Source: Balanoglossus misakiensis
Lineage: Eukaryota; Animalia; Hemichordata
Length of the DNA: 64,000 nt
Assembly (NCBI GenBank): GCA_040954595.2
Contig: CM082583.2
Location: 12,438,987-12,502,986 of the forward strand
Direction of reading: 5' to 3'
Under the pieces are notes generated by a model. That model was not told the origin of the DNA and made no database searches. It worked only from the letters and a program-made list of their open reading frames with translations. Both the position numbers and the translations under genes were made by a program. Below, one piece after another: positions 14,501 through 34,388 of this stretch; position 1 is the stretch's first letter, and each line of letters starts with the position of its first letter.

Positions 14501-15184
14501 TATTATAATTAAATGATAAGCCAAGGTTGTATTTGCATGTGGTTTCAACGTTTTTTTTATGTATTGCCAAAGAGGGCGCCACACTGACGAATTTGTAACA
14601 CACATTTCTATCACACTTCCAAAATTTCATTTTATAGGCAGGGGTTTTATAATATCCCAGCTGACTGTTTTTTTATGCCCCAGAGATCCAATGAACATAC
14701 ATTTAATAACATTTGTATATATCTACACTTCATTTTTTTACCATAACTAGCACACACACACATAGACAAAAAAAACAAAACACTTTCATTACTGGCACAT
14801 ATGCTAGAATGCACTTTCCAAATACACTTTTTTCAGAAGACAAACACCCAGAAAAGATTTCCCTCCCTTGCCATATAACCCTAGATTTCAGCACTCATGA
14901 TTCACACAGTTTGGTAGTAATTTTGAATTTAAAGCTATGACTCCATTCTATAATCTAGGGTTTTGCTAAAGATCCCTGATTTTTTTTCTTACTTTGTAGT
15001 TTTCCATAGCTTCCTGGAACCGAGTGCAAACAAAAGAGCATGACCAAAGCACACAACAATCGATCACACGTTATGAAATTCAACATACATTTTTAGCTAG
15101 GAATGATGCTTTTCTCTTTGTAGTCAAGAAGTTGCTAAGTTGGCGTAACTGTTCTCCAAATTAAAAGGCTGCAATTTCATTTTT

Positions 15185-17279
15185 TTAAACCGTGATTGAA
15201 TTGGCTGATCTGACTGTTGACACACTGGTAGCCTGAAGAGGATTGGTAGGCAGGATTTTGACTGGCAGGTCCCACACCATTGTGTCAACATCAATGTTCC
15301 TCTGTCCTTGCCAGGTGGAACTCTCTGATTGGTCAGCCGGAATCACATGTTCTGGCAGGGGCTGGCAGGCAGTGATGAATTCAAAATGAAGGTGATACTT
15401 CAAGCACACTGTTTGTGGAAGAAAGAAAGGGCAGAAAATTAATTTCTGTTACTGTGATCATAAGCATATCCATACTTCAAATGAAATTTTTCACTCACTG
15501 TTTGATAAAGATGAAAGTATTATTCGAATAGCTTACATATATCGGTGATGAAGCTTGGTGTAATGTGCAAAGGTACCGGTAACTGGATGTGGGTTTTCTT
15601 GGTGTGGAGACAGAACTCCTGGTGTTTGCTGTATGTAGTGATGGCCGAGGTCTGGTTGGGTCTACGACGGCATTCTTCCGAGACGTTCTCCTCACTTTGA
15701 AGTGAAACACTGAACTGGAGGTGAAAGTGAAAGAGGCGACTTCATTCTCTGTGTCAGGCAATCAACTCACAGCTGCAATGTTTCTTTTGTACATGTATCT
15801 AGATATCATTTTTTACGGTGATGATTTTTTTACAGGGTATGCATAATTACACACACCTGCAGACAGGACACAGTAGCTTCAGAGAAATCAAAGGTTCCTA
15901 TGATATCCTCACTGATCTTGTATGCTGGCTTGAACAGGCAGAATCTACCAACTTTACCCTGTGCATTGGTGATGTTGTAGAAATCTGTGAAAACAGGAGA
16001 AAAAAGATAACATTAAACACAAAGTATGAACTTACAGAGCCTGTTAGGCTTGTAAATTCAGATATGTACATGTCTACATTTTCACATATAAACAGCAAAG
16101 ACATCATAGAGTCTTACTTGGGTTTCTCCGTGATGTTATTGTTGAAATCACCTGCATGGCCATGTCTAAGAGACTTGTTTCTTTCTTGCATTCAGCTAAG
16201 AACGGATTACTTGGTTTGTAGTTCTCTTCGTACACACTTGTGTCCCCTAAACCTGTGTAAGACACATTATAGTAAGTCGATGACGTAGAACAGGGGAATA
16301 TTTATTTATTTGACCTGTTCTACGTCACACAGGTGGCTATACAGGCCAGTTCATGTGATAAATGTCTTAATATTCCACTTTGTACCTCAACTTTGGACTC
16401 ACCATAGACAACCAACACTCTGAATGGAACCCGAAGTAGTTTTGTGGGCGAGTTCAACCTCTGCGTTCCTATGGTAACCTTGTATGAATATTTCACTGAT
16501 TGGCCTTTATAGGATGGTGGGGCATCTCTTGGAATGCCTTCTTGGTAAATAACTGCAAAGTACAAAGGTTTTGGATTTCTCAATTAATTTGAATTCCAGA
16601 ACACTGGTTATCCTTATCTGAATAATAGTTTGCTATAATGCTGTATTTGAATAAAAAAAAAGGGAAGGGACTTAATGTTCAGAATTATTCTGTAAACTTA
16701 CATGTTCTGGATTCACCTGGTGATAGCGTCAAATCACAAAACAATATCTTGGGTTGTGTGGCCAGAACAGTTACACCCCTTTCTCCTGGAAAAGAAAATT
16801 AATAGGTGTAATTTCATTGCAACCTTATTTTTCTGATCTGTTCTGTAGCTGTGGTTCTCCTTCTGCTGCCTGTTCAAGTTAATAGAGAAGATATAATGAA
16901 GTTTCTAATTTACCTCTACTGGCGACAAAGCTTGTTTCATTAGTGGAGTTGGAAAGGTCTGATGAAGGTTGTCTTGGGAGGATCACTCGACTCTCGCTGA
17001 TGTTGCATTGACAATGGAGCTGTGCACTGGCCCAGGCCAGTGTGGTATTGCGACTGTAAGGGAGAAGAATATGCAGTGACAAGTCATGTCATAGTAAAAC
17101 TATGATGAGCTAGTACGAGAGTATGACTAAACAACTAAAGGCTAGTAAAGTGACAACACTCACCTACTCACTGTATGACTACCGTTCCAAGAAGGGTTGC
17201 TGAAAGTAATTTTGCATTCTAAAGTTTCCCCAGCAAGAAATGTCGAACCCCTGGAGATATTTGCCGAGACTTCCACCAT
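15185..17279 (-). CDS. RGP1: RGP1, RAB6A GEF complex partner; 8 coding exons
   Basis: Spliced translation: [159 protein letters not shown]. Collinear with vertebrate RGP1; GT-AG introns. Confidence 0.95.
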
Positions 17280-17634
17280 TTCGCCACCGTGGCCGCAACC
17301 TCACCGGATAAAATTTAAAGGTCCAGTTGCTCTGTTGATTTCTCTACATGTCCCCAGCACTTCCGGTTTCTGGTACAGCTATTCGACGCGACGTTTGCGT
17401 TGAATTTCACGATTAATATGCTTAAATTCAGGTCAAAACGGCTTGTTAGATGTTACACGCTCACCCAGTTATTTCGTCAAACCTCTCAATCTTCATTTGA
17501 CACAATATTTTAGATTTTTCGAAGGGGGTAGCCTCAAACAGTTCACGTAGCGTTTTGCTGGCACTGCTCAGCTGTTGTGACGTCACACCCAGCAGTAAGT
17601 GATGACGTAATGCACACAGAAAACAGAGCTTATT
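17280..17634. promoter_or_regulatory. Bidirectional promoter RGP1/GBA2
   Basis: 355 bp between divergent ATGs, CpG-rich. ETS site CACTTCCGGT (17358-17367), CRE TGACGTCA (17578-17585) and TGACGTAA (~17603). Confidence 0.75.
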
Positions 17635-20600
17635 ATGGCAGCCTCCGGGACGCAGGGAAAGTTAGGATTTCCCGAAAATGTGCCACAGTTTGGATGGAGG
17701 GTAAGACTAGATCACGAGTTCGAGGAAAAGAGAAGGCCACTTAGGATTATCAAGCCACATCAGATTCCGGATTTGATCCCCCTGTTCTTCAGGTAACGTG
17801 TGATAGTGGGGGCTAATATTGAATGTAAACAATGTCAATATCGCGATCGCCGGGGGCCGGGCTGTGACTGATGTTTGGTGCTATGTTAGTGATGGTCGCC
17901 GTATTTTGCTGTTATATTATACGGATGTACATCGTTGTCGATGGGCAATGGCAAATTATCGAATTCTAATAGGATTATTAGCCATGGCTATGTAATAGAT
18001 CATGTTGCTGTGGTAACGCATCTGTACTGGGGGGGGGGGGGGGCTGATTAATCAGTCCCCCCCCCAAAAAAAGAAGTGAAGATGACCTGTGGTATTGAGA
18101 CACAAAACCATCCGACTCTTCACAGCTGAGGGTTATTCCTTGCAAAAATTGCATGCACCCATCAAAATTTAAAACAAGTTATTTTAAGTAACTGGCACTC
18201 TAATATTCAAATTGTCTAGTTTAATCACTGGGACAGTATTTATTCAAATGGCAATGTTTGTAAAATTACAATTGGCATGACTTAAAACCTTTATTTCAAC
18301 TTTTTAAACAGATACCTGTGGTACTATTACAATATCAGGAAAAAAGGTCGAAAGCCATATATTGATCAGTTCAATCCTCTGGAATGCAAGCAAATATATG
18401 GTGAGTATCTGATTTCTCATGTGGTGTGTTTTATGGATTGAAGTAATATTCTCATCATTTTGTTTCATTTCTGGCATTTGTTGCTGCAGAGATGTGCATA
18501 GCTCTACGTTTCACAGATGAAGTTCATTTCCAATATACAATCTACAACTTCTATTCTATAAAAGATGAATTTTCCCAGCTGAACGCAGGTATCAAAGGGT
18601 GTATATCCTGGTTGTCCATCCATCCATGGCTTGTAGCCACCTGTATCTCCGTCAACCCATGTATACCATGCCTGTTTTGTACAGAGACAAAAACGACACA
18701 ACAAATGGAGTCTCAGTGAATGTCCAAACAATATATGCACTGGGAGAAATTTGGCATAGTTTTGTAAGAGATCGGCACCACATACCCCATCAGATTTCAA
18801 ATGACTCCACAGAAATTCGCATGCACATTATGAAGCAACAACAGGATGGTAAAATTCTCTATTCTAATCACAAACAAACAAACAAACAAATAACACTACG
18901 GTCATACATAGCTTCCCGACAGCCCTATCCAGTACGGGTACATGTTAAATATGTTTGCCAATTCTAAGATCTCGTTGAATTTGTTCACGTCATCAAACTT
19001 GACCAGATCACCGCCCATGTCCTGGCAGATAGCTCTCGCGTCATACCATGTATGTCTTGAGTTGCCCATACAGACTGTGTATGATCCCACATGTACATCA
19101 ACGACACTTCCACAGTGTCTGTTTGCTGCAAAAAAAAATAATTCCCTTTCAGTTTATTTTCTGCTTGTAGTTGGAAATGAATGCCCAGGCTGTGTAGGGA
19201 GTATCCCAAAACTCATTGCAACTTCCCAAGATGGCAGAAATACAATTTTAAACTCTATGCAACCAGGTGGTATTAAAGTGCCAAATATACATGACTGGTA
19301 CCTACGTAAACATGCTGGAATAGGTGTTGCTTCCCAGCGACCATCATTACATGTTATGGTGTCATGATCTGGTTCATGAAAGCTAAGAGTGCATTGAACA
19401 GTTGCCTCCGCGCTGTGACGTGTGACAGCCTCCTCAATCAACTTAAAATCCATCGATGATGGAGGCAAACATGATGCTTTGGATTAAAAGATGATATCCA
19501 TTGAAATTTTTGAATTAAAAATTCGATGGACTCAAAATAGCAGAGTTAAACCAGTCAGAAAACACTACACACACAACAGTGAAATGATAGTCATTTGTGG
19601 AGGTTTTACTGTAAGAGAAAAATAGAAAAATCACAACTCCACAGGTGGGGTATATGCCTTACATTACATTGCAATACATACATACACACATACGGGTACA
19701 TACACAGAAATTACCTTTGCAAACAGGCAGTGGGTTTGTCCATTCACCTTCAATGCACACACTTGATTGTTTTCCGAACAAAGTGTAAAATATCCCAGCT
19801 GCTTCGTTCCATTCACATGTGAATGTGAGATAGCCAGTTCTTACAACAGTCACATGGCCATTCTCTATTGTTCCCAGATCGGAGCAGTCTATAGAGCAAA
19901 AGACACCTCTATAACAGTACATAATCAAAATCTTTCCAACAGAACAATATGGTTGATACAGAGAACATCAATTATGGAAAAATATAGTTTTGAGTTATAA
20001 ATGATCTTCTTACCGCATTGTACAAGCGATTTCCGACATGGTTTTTCCTCTCGATCAACGCCTGTGCAGTCTGCACCTCCATCTGCAGGTGGTGGAGTGT
20101 CACACTTTCTGCTGCGTGTGCGTACATTCCACCCACAACCATCCGGACAGGATCCCCATGGAGACCACTTGCCCCATCCCCCGTCGGCTGAAAGAAATGA
20201 AATAATATTGACGCAAAATATTTTACTTTTTTTCTTTCATTCACATTACACAATAATCACAAACTGTTGTCTTGCTTGTCTTTGAACTTTTAACGCACCA
20301 TCTGCTCACATTGCAACACTCGGGTACATTTGTTACTCACCAGCATTGCACCTGACCGCATCTGGTTGAAGAGTACTAATATCTGCACCAGCCTGAGCTT
20401 CCTGCTCAATGGCCTTGGCAATCTTATTCACTGAGGCACCATTTACTGTCAGTTGGCAAAATGAAAAAAAACTTTGTGATAAAATCGAAGGAATATGGCC
20501 ATGCGACCTGTCAATAAAACATCTCTATAAGGAGATTAACAATATTGGGTAACTTATGCGTTTTCGGCATCACTTGGACCCAGACTTAAAGACCTAAAGA

Positions 20601-23600
20601 ATCACCTCTAATTTACATATACCATGCTAATTAATATTCATCAGATATATTATAGGGGCCGGACAGAAAATTAAAATGCTCACTGATAGTGCTGCGAGTA
20701 TCACAAGGTACAGTTTCATTGTCATGTCCCATACACCCAATATCAACATTGGGAGTTCCGCCGAAGAGGCACTCGCGAGTTCTATTGCGGCGACCGACCA
20801 AGCCCCCTCCTGGTACTGGTTCACATGCAGCCAAGCTCCACATTGACCAAACTAGAACAAACAATAAAGAATGTCAAGAGAAGCAATATCATGTCTCATC
20901 TGTGTCATAAATTTTACACATGTACCTATGGTGTGACCTGACTTACCCGGACAAATGTGCATGTGACACTTCTGATAGTCTGTACGACGACCCACACAAG
21001 GGTTTCCACCATCTTTGGGGACCGGGCTGTTGCATTCTCGTGTTCGGGTTTTGTATCCCGCGTTACAGGATGCCGTGCAGTCGGACCAGGAGCTCCAATC
21101 ACTCCAGCCACCGTCAGTCACTGGAGCACAAAAAAGAGAGAGCGAAAAAAAATTGCCATGGAAACTCCATTGTACAGTTCCAATTGCATATTTGTTTACA
21201 TTGTAATCTCCAAAAGAGGGCGATTAAAATGTGTCACCCAGCAATACATATTGCATACATTAATCACTTTTAATTTATTTAGTAGGTAATAAGAAATTTG
21301 CTCCTGGACTTTCTTACTAGCGACACAGTTGATTTGCTGACATTATAATAATATTCTACATGAAAAGAACCCACTTCACTAGTCTAAACATACCTGGAAT
21401 GTTGCAAGTTGGTCCAATAAAGCGACTCCCTTTTCTGCAGATACAGGAAAAAGTATTGCTGGAAGGGTTTTCTTGACACCATCCTCCGTTCAAGCAAGGA
21501 CGACTGGCGCATGGTCTTGGGCCAGCCTGAAAAACATTTCGATCCACAGGTATTAGTCTATTAGTATACCAGAAGATGGTATTACACAACAGATGGATGT
21601 CATTTCCATGTGTTGATTCCAATCAAAATGAAGACAACAAGAAAAGAAAACTTCAGGATAGAATAAGATTTGATGTTTGACTACATATGTACCTCGGCAA
21701 CTGTGTACAGATCATTTCGACCATATATCCATCCTTGGTGGTGCTGCAGGGAGTCATAATTCGGCGCCTCAGCTGGACAGATCTCGCATACTCTCAGAAA
21801 GGCATGATAGTTGAACGACTTGCACTTCTCGCCTCTCCGGTGGCACGTTTGGGAGCACAGAAACAGAAACAGGATGTTCCTGTGCATCTTCGGATTCGGG
21901 CACGAAAACGAGACATCGGAGATCGGGGTTCCACTCTGTACAAGATCCGGATCCAACTGGTCTCGCCCGCCATACCCGCTGTCAGGGAACGGTGTGACTG
22001 AACCAAACGCAAAAGTGGAAACTTGGGCCAGCAGGATAAACGCTTGCAAACTCATGGTTGAGCATCAGCGGCTGTTGCCTTAAATGTGTTCAAAATTGAC
22101 AAAGCACTATAGTTTTACTACTGCGTGTTTCGGGATAATTAATGAAATGATATGTGGTTTTTTAATTGACACAATTTAATTTCCTTATGTTTACCTTGTA
22201 GCATCATCTGTTGTCAGTAAGAAGCAATTTATCATGAAAATTTTGAGTTGTCTAATTAAGTTTCACTTAGACAAATATTTCTGTGCTCTAAAATTGAGTC
22301 AATCACCATTTGCATTGTATGTTGCTTTAAATAAATAATCCCATAGCTGAAAACTCTTAGATTTACAGCAAACTGTGGTTTAAGTGGTTTTGGTTTCTCC
22401 CTGACACTCACATTGTGCACAGCTGATCGGTATATACATTGAATATCTGCTGATGAAGCATTAATACTATTTTCTGTCAGGAGTTCCACTTGGTGGCATT
22501 GGATGTGGTTGTATCAACCGAGGATGGAAAGGTGATTTCTGCCGGTGGTCATTGACACCTGGGATGTATACCTATGATATAGTGCAAGCCAATCAGGTGA
22601 GAGGTTTCTTGTGTGTTGTATGTGTTCATGTGCATGTACTGACGATGGGAACCTGTGCTCTTTTACATCATTTTCACCTAATGTGCTGATAAACTTTGGG
22701 CTGTGGGTGGTTTTTTTTCCAGTTCACAGTATGTATACAGAGAGCCGGCAGAACAGTCTACCAACAAGTGCTGTCACCCTCAAGACCAAGCGATTCCAGC
22801 CTATGCACGTGGAATTGGGGTTTCCATGGTGAATATGCAAAATACCACGCGCTGTATCCCCGCGCGTGGACAGTGTATCAACTTCCGGGTCAAAATATGA
22901 CCCTTGTGTGCAGACAAGTCTCGCCAGTGTTTCCACATGATTACAAAGTAAGTGGTATTCTTGTGTACTTTTGTTTTGCTTTTGTTTTGGTTGTGAGAGG
23001 GCGTCGGATTCATGAAAAAGGTGTTTCTAACATATAGTGAAATTTCATATTGCAGCCTTGCTCTGTGTGTTCCCTCAACTGTCAGAATCATATTCACGCG
23101 CTACGCTATCTTCCAGGACACAAGTCTTCCAGTTGGTGTATTCGTCTGGGAAGTCTTCAATTACAGCGATGAACCCGTCAATGTCAGTATTATGATGACA
23201 TGGCAGAACGGCACCGGAGAACCTACGGATAAATCCGGCGGCAGATGGAATCAACCGTTCACGTGCGACGGCAACAACCTGACGGACTGCCAAGTTCAAG
23301 GTGTCATGCTGCATAATGCACATCACAAGATGAAATGTACCATGGCCATAGCTGCTGCTTCCAGGGAAAATGTTAAAATCAGTCACAAGACAGCATTCAA
23401 TCCCCATGGCGATGGCAAGGAATTGTGGGATGATCTTATACATGATGGAGAACTCACATCTAGATCAGGTACTGGACTCTAAAATAAAATGAATGAATGA
23501 ACAAAGGAAGGAAGGAAGAATGCAGACCTGCACAGTATAGTAAGACTATATAAGACTTAAATGAGCATTATTCTCCCAGACTTGGAAACCATTTTGATTA

Positions 23601-26386
23601 ATGTTTTGCTACTTTATTCAATTGAAATTCCAGGTTCCAGTTTTCAGACCAAAGAAGGTGAAACCACAGCTGCAGCATTGGCTGTCAAGTGTCGTGTTGC
23701 GGGCAATGGCTGCAGTACGGCGGAGTTTGCGCTGGTATGGGATATGCCCAAGGTACACTTCAGGGGAAAAGAGAAAATCTACTCCAGGTATTCAAGTTGA
23801 AATATCTTACTGCTCAAACCACCAAAATCCTTGTTTAAGTGTCTTTGTCCTACATTTGTCAAAACTGACAATCAGGAGTATTTATGTGCCGGACAATGCA
23901 TTAAAATTATTACTTTAACCTGGATTTTTCAGGAGATACACACGCTGGTTCGGTAATGATGGTAAAGCAGCACCCTCCCTGGCCAGCTATGCTTTAAATC
24001 AGTACCATGAATGGGAGGAGAAGATTACTGACTGGCAAAATCCAATACTGCAATGCAAGTAAGTATAATGGTAAAATGATCTGATGTACAGTGATTGCTA
24101 GTATGATAAAATAGTGGCGAAAATGTCCTTCCATTTAGTGTTAGCACCCAAGTATGCTTGATATTTCAGAGCCAGATTAATTGTGACCCTGTTTTTGATA
24201 TTTTATAGGTCACTGCCAAATTGGTACAAGTCAGCTTTGTTCAATGAATTGTACTATATATCTGATGGAGGAACAGTGTGGATGGAATATAGTGAACTGT
24301 CCAATGGTGTAATGAACTGCAAAGATGTTACCTCCAAAGTTGTCAAACAGTACGGGAAATTTGCATACTTGGAAGGTACACCTGGTCATTGGAAAAATAT
24401 TATAAAGAATGCAATAACTGTCCCTTCAGTGAAGTATGTGCTCTGAACTAGAAGAAACTTGTCTTTGATAATTGCCTCTTATGACACAATGACATGTTCA
24501 TTTCTGTTTCAGGTCATGAGTATCGGATGTACAACACATATGATGTCCATTTCTATGCGTCGTTTGCACTCATTATGTTGTGGCCACAGCTTCAACTCAG
24601 TCTGCAGTGTGATATAGGTGAGTTTTATTGAGGGAGGGAGGGGGAAGGTAAAATATGCTGAAATCATCTACTTGGCGTGAATACATATAGCATCTAAAAC
24701 AAAGTCTCCCTTGTGTCTACAGCCTCTACCATTCCCCTCGAAGACTGTGAACAGTTACAAGAAGCCTATGGAGGTAAAATGATGAAGCGGAAAGTTGCTA
24801 ATGTTGTACCTCATGATATTGGCGATCCAGGTAAGCCAAGTTAGGAAAGTCCCTTCCCTGGCCACTATTAGTTTTCCTTTACAAGGGTGTAACTCACATG
24901 AGTAATGATTGACTGATATGTGTCTTGCAGAGGATGAACCATGGGTTCGTGTCAATGGCTATTTACTTCATGATACCTCAGACTGGAAGGACCTCAATCT
25001 TAAATTCGTGCTGCAAGTTTACCGAGACTATCATGTGACTAAAGATTTCCACTTCCTTAAGCAGATGTGGCCCAGGGTCCAAGTGAGTGTCCTTTCTGGT
25101 CTTGTCAGAACTTCCATTGGTATCTATCAGACCATATTTGTGGATGACATGTTCCATTTACAGTATTTGGGGTGTCATCAAAGTATTTGTGAAGCCGGTT
25201 GCATATTGGTGTTCTTTCCTTTCATAGGCTGTGATGTCTGTTTCGTTGGCCTGGGATACAGATGGAGACGGTATCATTGACAACTCCGGCTATGCTGATC
25301 AGACGTATGATGTGTGGACAGTCTGTGGAGCCAGGTATAGTGAAATCCTGGAATCAGATTGTTGGATTGGGCTATGTGGCAAAGTCACTTTCTTTTAATG
25401 GAAGATATTTTATTGTTCTGCACCTCCACTCACCAAACTTAATTCAGTCTATTTCATCATCTTTCAGTGCTTACAGCGGTGGTCTGTGGCTGGCTGCAGT
25501 CAAGATGACGACTGAGATGGCAAAGATACTCAATGAGGAAGATGATTACATCAAGTACTTTGGTGTCTTAACACGTGGGAAGGAGTCTTATGAAAACAAA
25601 CTGTGGAATGGTGAGATGAATTAGAAACAAGCATTAATTTTTGGGGGGTCACTGACTGTGTTATTTTCTCTCCTGAAGTGGAACATGTGTGTAATGCAGG
25701 CCACATGTATTGGTAAATTCTCCCGATATGAGGCCTACTTTTTATCTCAAGTCAACGTATCTTCATCAGGTAAATACTACAACTACGACAGCAGTGGTAA
25801 AGCACACAGTGACAGTATCATGACTGATCAGACCGCTGGACACTGGTATCTCAGAGCATGTGATTTAGTCCATGAAAACGACGAAGTCTTTCCGACCAAC
25901 CACGTGCGGAGTGCTCTGCGTACCGTCTATGCCAACAACGTTATGGGCTTCATGCAAGGCACTGTGGGAGCCGTCAATGGAATGAGGCCTGATGGGAAGC
26001 CGGACACAACCAGCTTACAGAGTGAAGAGGTCTGGACTGGGGTAACCTATGCTGTGGCTGCAAATATGATCCAAGAGGTAAGGGGAAATAATACTTTTTA
26101 TACTGAAAAGACAAAGTCGCGGGTAAATTCTCCCGTTGAGTTTGCTTTCTTCTCTGTATGTACCGGTGTAACATTACTCCATTTTGACTTTTCACAGGGA
26201 ATGTTGGAAGAAGCTTTCAGGACAGCAAGCGGAGTGTACAAAACGGTGTATGAGAAGAGCGGACTTGGATTCCAAACTCCAGAGGGCTACTTTGCCAAGT
26301 CTGTGTACCGATCCCTGGGGTACATGAGACCACTAGCAATATGGGCAATGCAGTATGCACTGGAGAAGTTTGGTCATATGAAATAG
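17635..26386 (+). CDS. GBA2: Non-lysosomal glucosylceramidase (GH116)
   Basis: Exon 1 [14 protein letters not shown]; exon 2 (18312-18400) splices to exon 3 at 22481 ([19 protein letters not shown]). Also [24 protein letters not shown], nucleophile region [36 protein letters not shown], acid/base region [24 protein letters not shown] and [16 protein letters not shown]. Confidence 0.97.
18504..22055 (-). CDS. Secreted mosaic protein: signal peptide, PAN/apple-like, EGF, 3x TSP1, 2x CCP/sushi, C-type lectin; nested antisense in GBA2 intron 2
   Basis: 10 exons join in frame through GT-AG sites: 22055-21693 (signal peptide, CKSFNY PAN-like), 21526-21394 ([15 protein letters not shown]), 21120-20947 (TSP1, [14 protein letters not shown]), ~20851-20683 (TSP1), 20445-20341 (linker), ~20187-20014 (TSP1), ~19888-19715 and ~19478-19307 (sushi), ~19125-18909 and ~18671-18504 ([26 protein letters not shown]). 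Confidence 0.88.
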
Positions 26387-26854
26387 GGATTTCTACAGTA
26401 TAGGAATCTCGATGAAAGCAAGTATCATGACCAACGGGTGCTCTCTGCCCTGTGTAAGAGCGCCCTCTGATGGTCAACTTTTCGCACAAGCACCAAGCGC
26501 ACAACTTGAGTTGTTTTTAAAGCATTTATCGGCATACATATGAGTACATATATTTACCTGTAAATACTAGTTTCCAAAGACAGCTGTTGGATTTATTTGA
26601 TGGAAGCTTAGCGTGCAAATGTGATTCAAGAATGCAAAATTTTTCAGTATTTATGGTTTTTAAATATTTTCCAAGAAAGTGTTTATTGTAATCTTTTATG
26701 TATGCTTATTGACTAAATATTTATAACTTTTACTTATTTAAAATTAATCCTGTTTTGAGCTTTTGACGCACAATACCAGAACTTTCTTGGGGGTGACATG
26801 AATTATTGGGCAATGAGCATTTTCACTGAACAGAAAAAAAAGAAGACTTAGCGA

Positions 26855-30910
<4,056 letters not shown>

Positions 30911-31749
30911 GGCTAGAAAAATGAAGAATATTCACAATGTTGACAACCGACTCAACAAATGCTGGGGCAGTTGTGGATTTGTTGCTATGGTAACCATTGT
31001 TCATAAACTAACATCCTATTAATTTATGTTAGGAAAGACTGAATAAATAGTATAATGTGATATCTAACTTATTTTAGTTGAAGTACAATTAATTTTAATA
31101 TTTTCCAATATACCAAATTATGTCGGGTCAGAGTATCAAAGAAAATAATTTGGAACAGGGAAAAAATTAACAACAAAAATCTTAAAGGGTAAGTAAAAAG
31201 AAAGACAACCAAGTTTTGTAAGTTCATATGCGGTCCGCCACTACAACCAATCAGTCAACGTTTTTCCAATGACAAAGTTCTAGACTGATCTATCACTTGT
31301 CCATTGCATCACACGTAAAGTTCACACACCTTGAACAGTGCAGGTACGACTGGTACGTGGAAACCCCCCACGTACGTGAAATTTAGTAAACCACAACCTA
31401 ATTTCATAAACTACTACCGATATCATTTAAAAGTCCGTCTATTTGATACATGTCCATCTACGGAGCAAATATTAAACGCAAAACTTACCTATTGCAGTAG
31501 TATTTGATTTCTGTGCTCTTGGACCAGACGTTCTAAATATAGACTCTGACCTGACCTTAAATGTCCACTTAGTTCAGTGATATTTCTCATTCGAAATCAG
31601 TAACTTTTGTTTATTCCTTGTAAGAAACACTGAATCTTACTCTTGGTAGGTGGTGCACATCATATTGGTATTTTATACATATCTTCAATGCATATGCGTA
31701 TGCATTCTATATTTTCAATTAAACATTTAGAAAATTAATAGCGGCTTAG

Positions 31750-34388
<2,639 letters not shown>

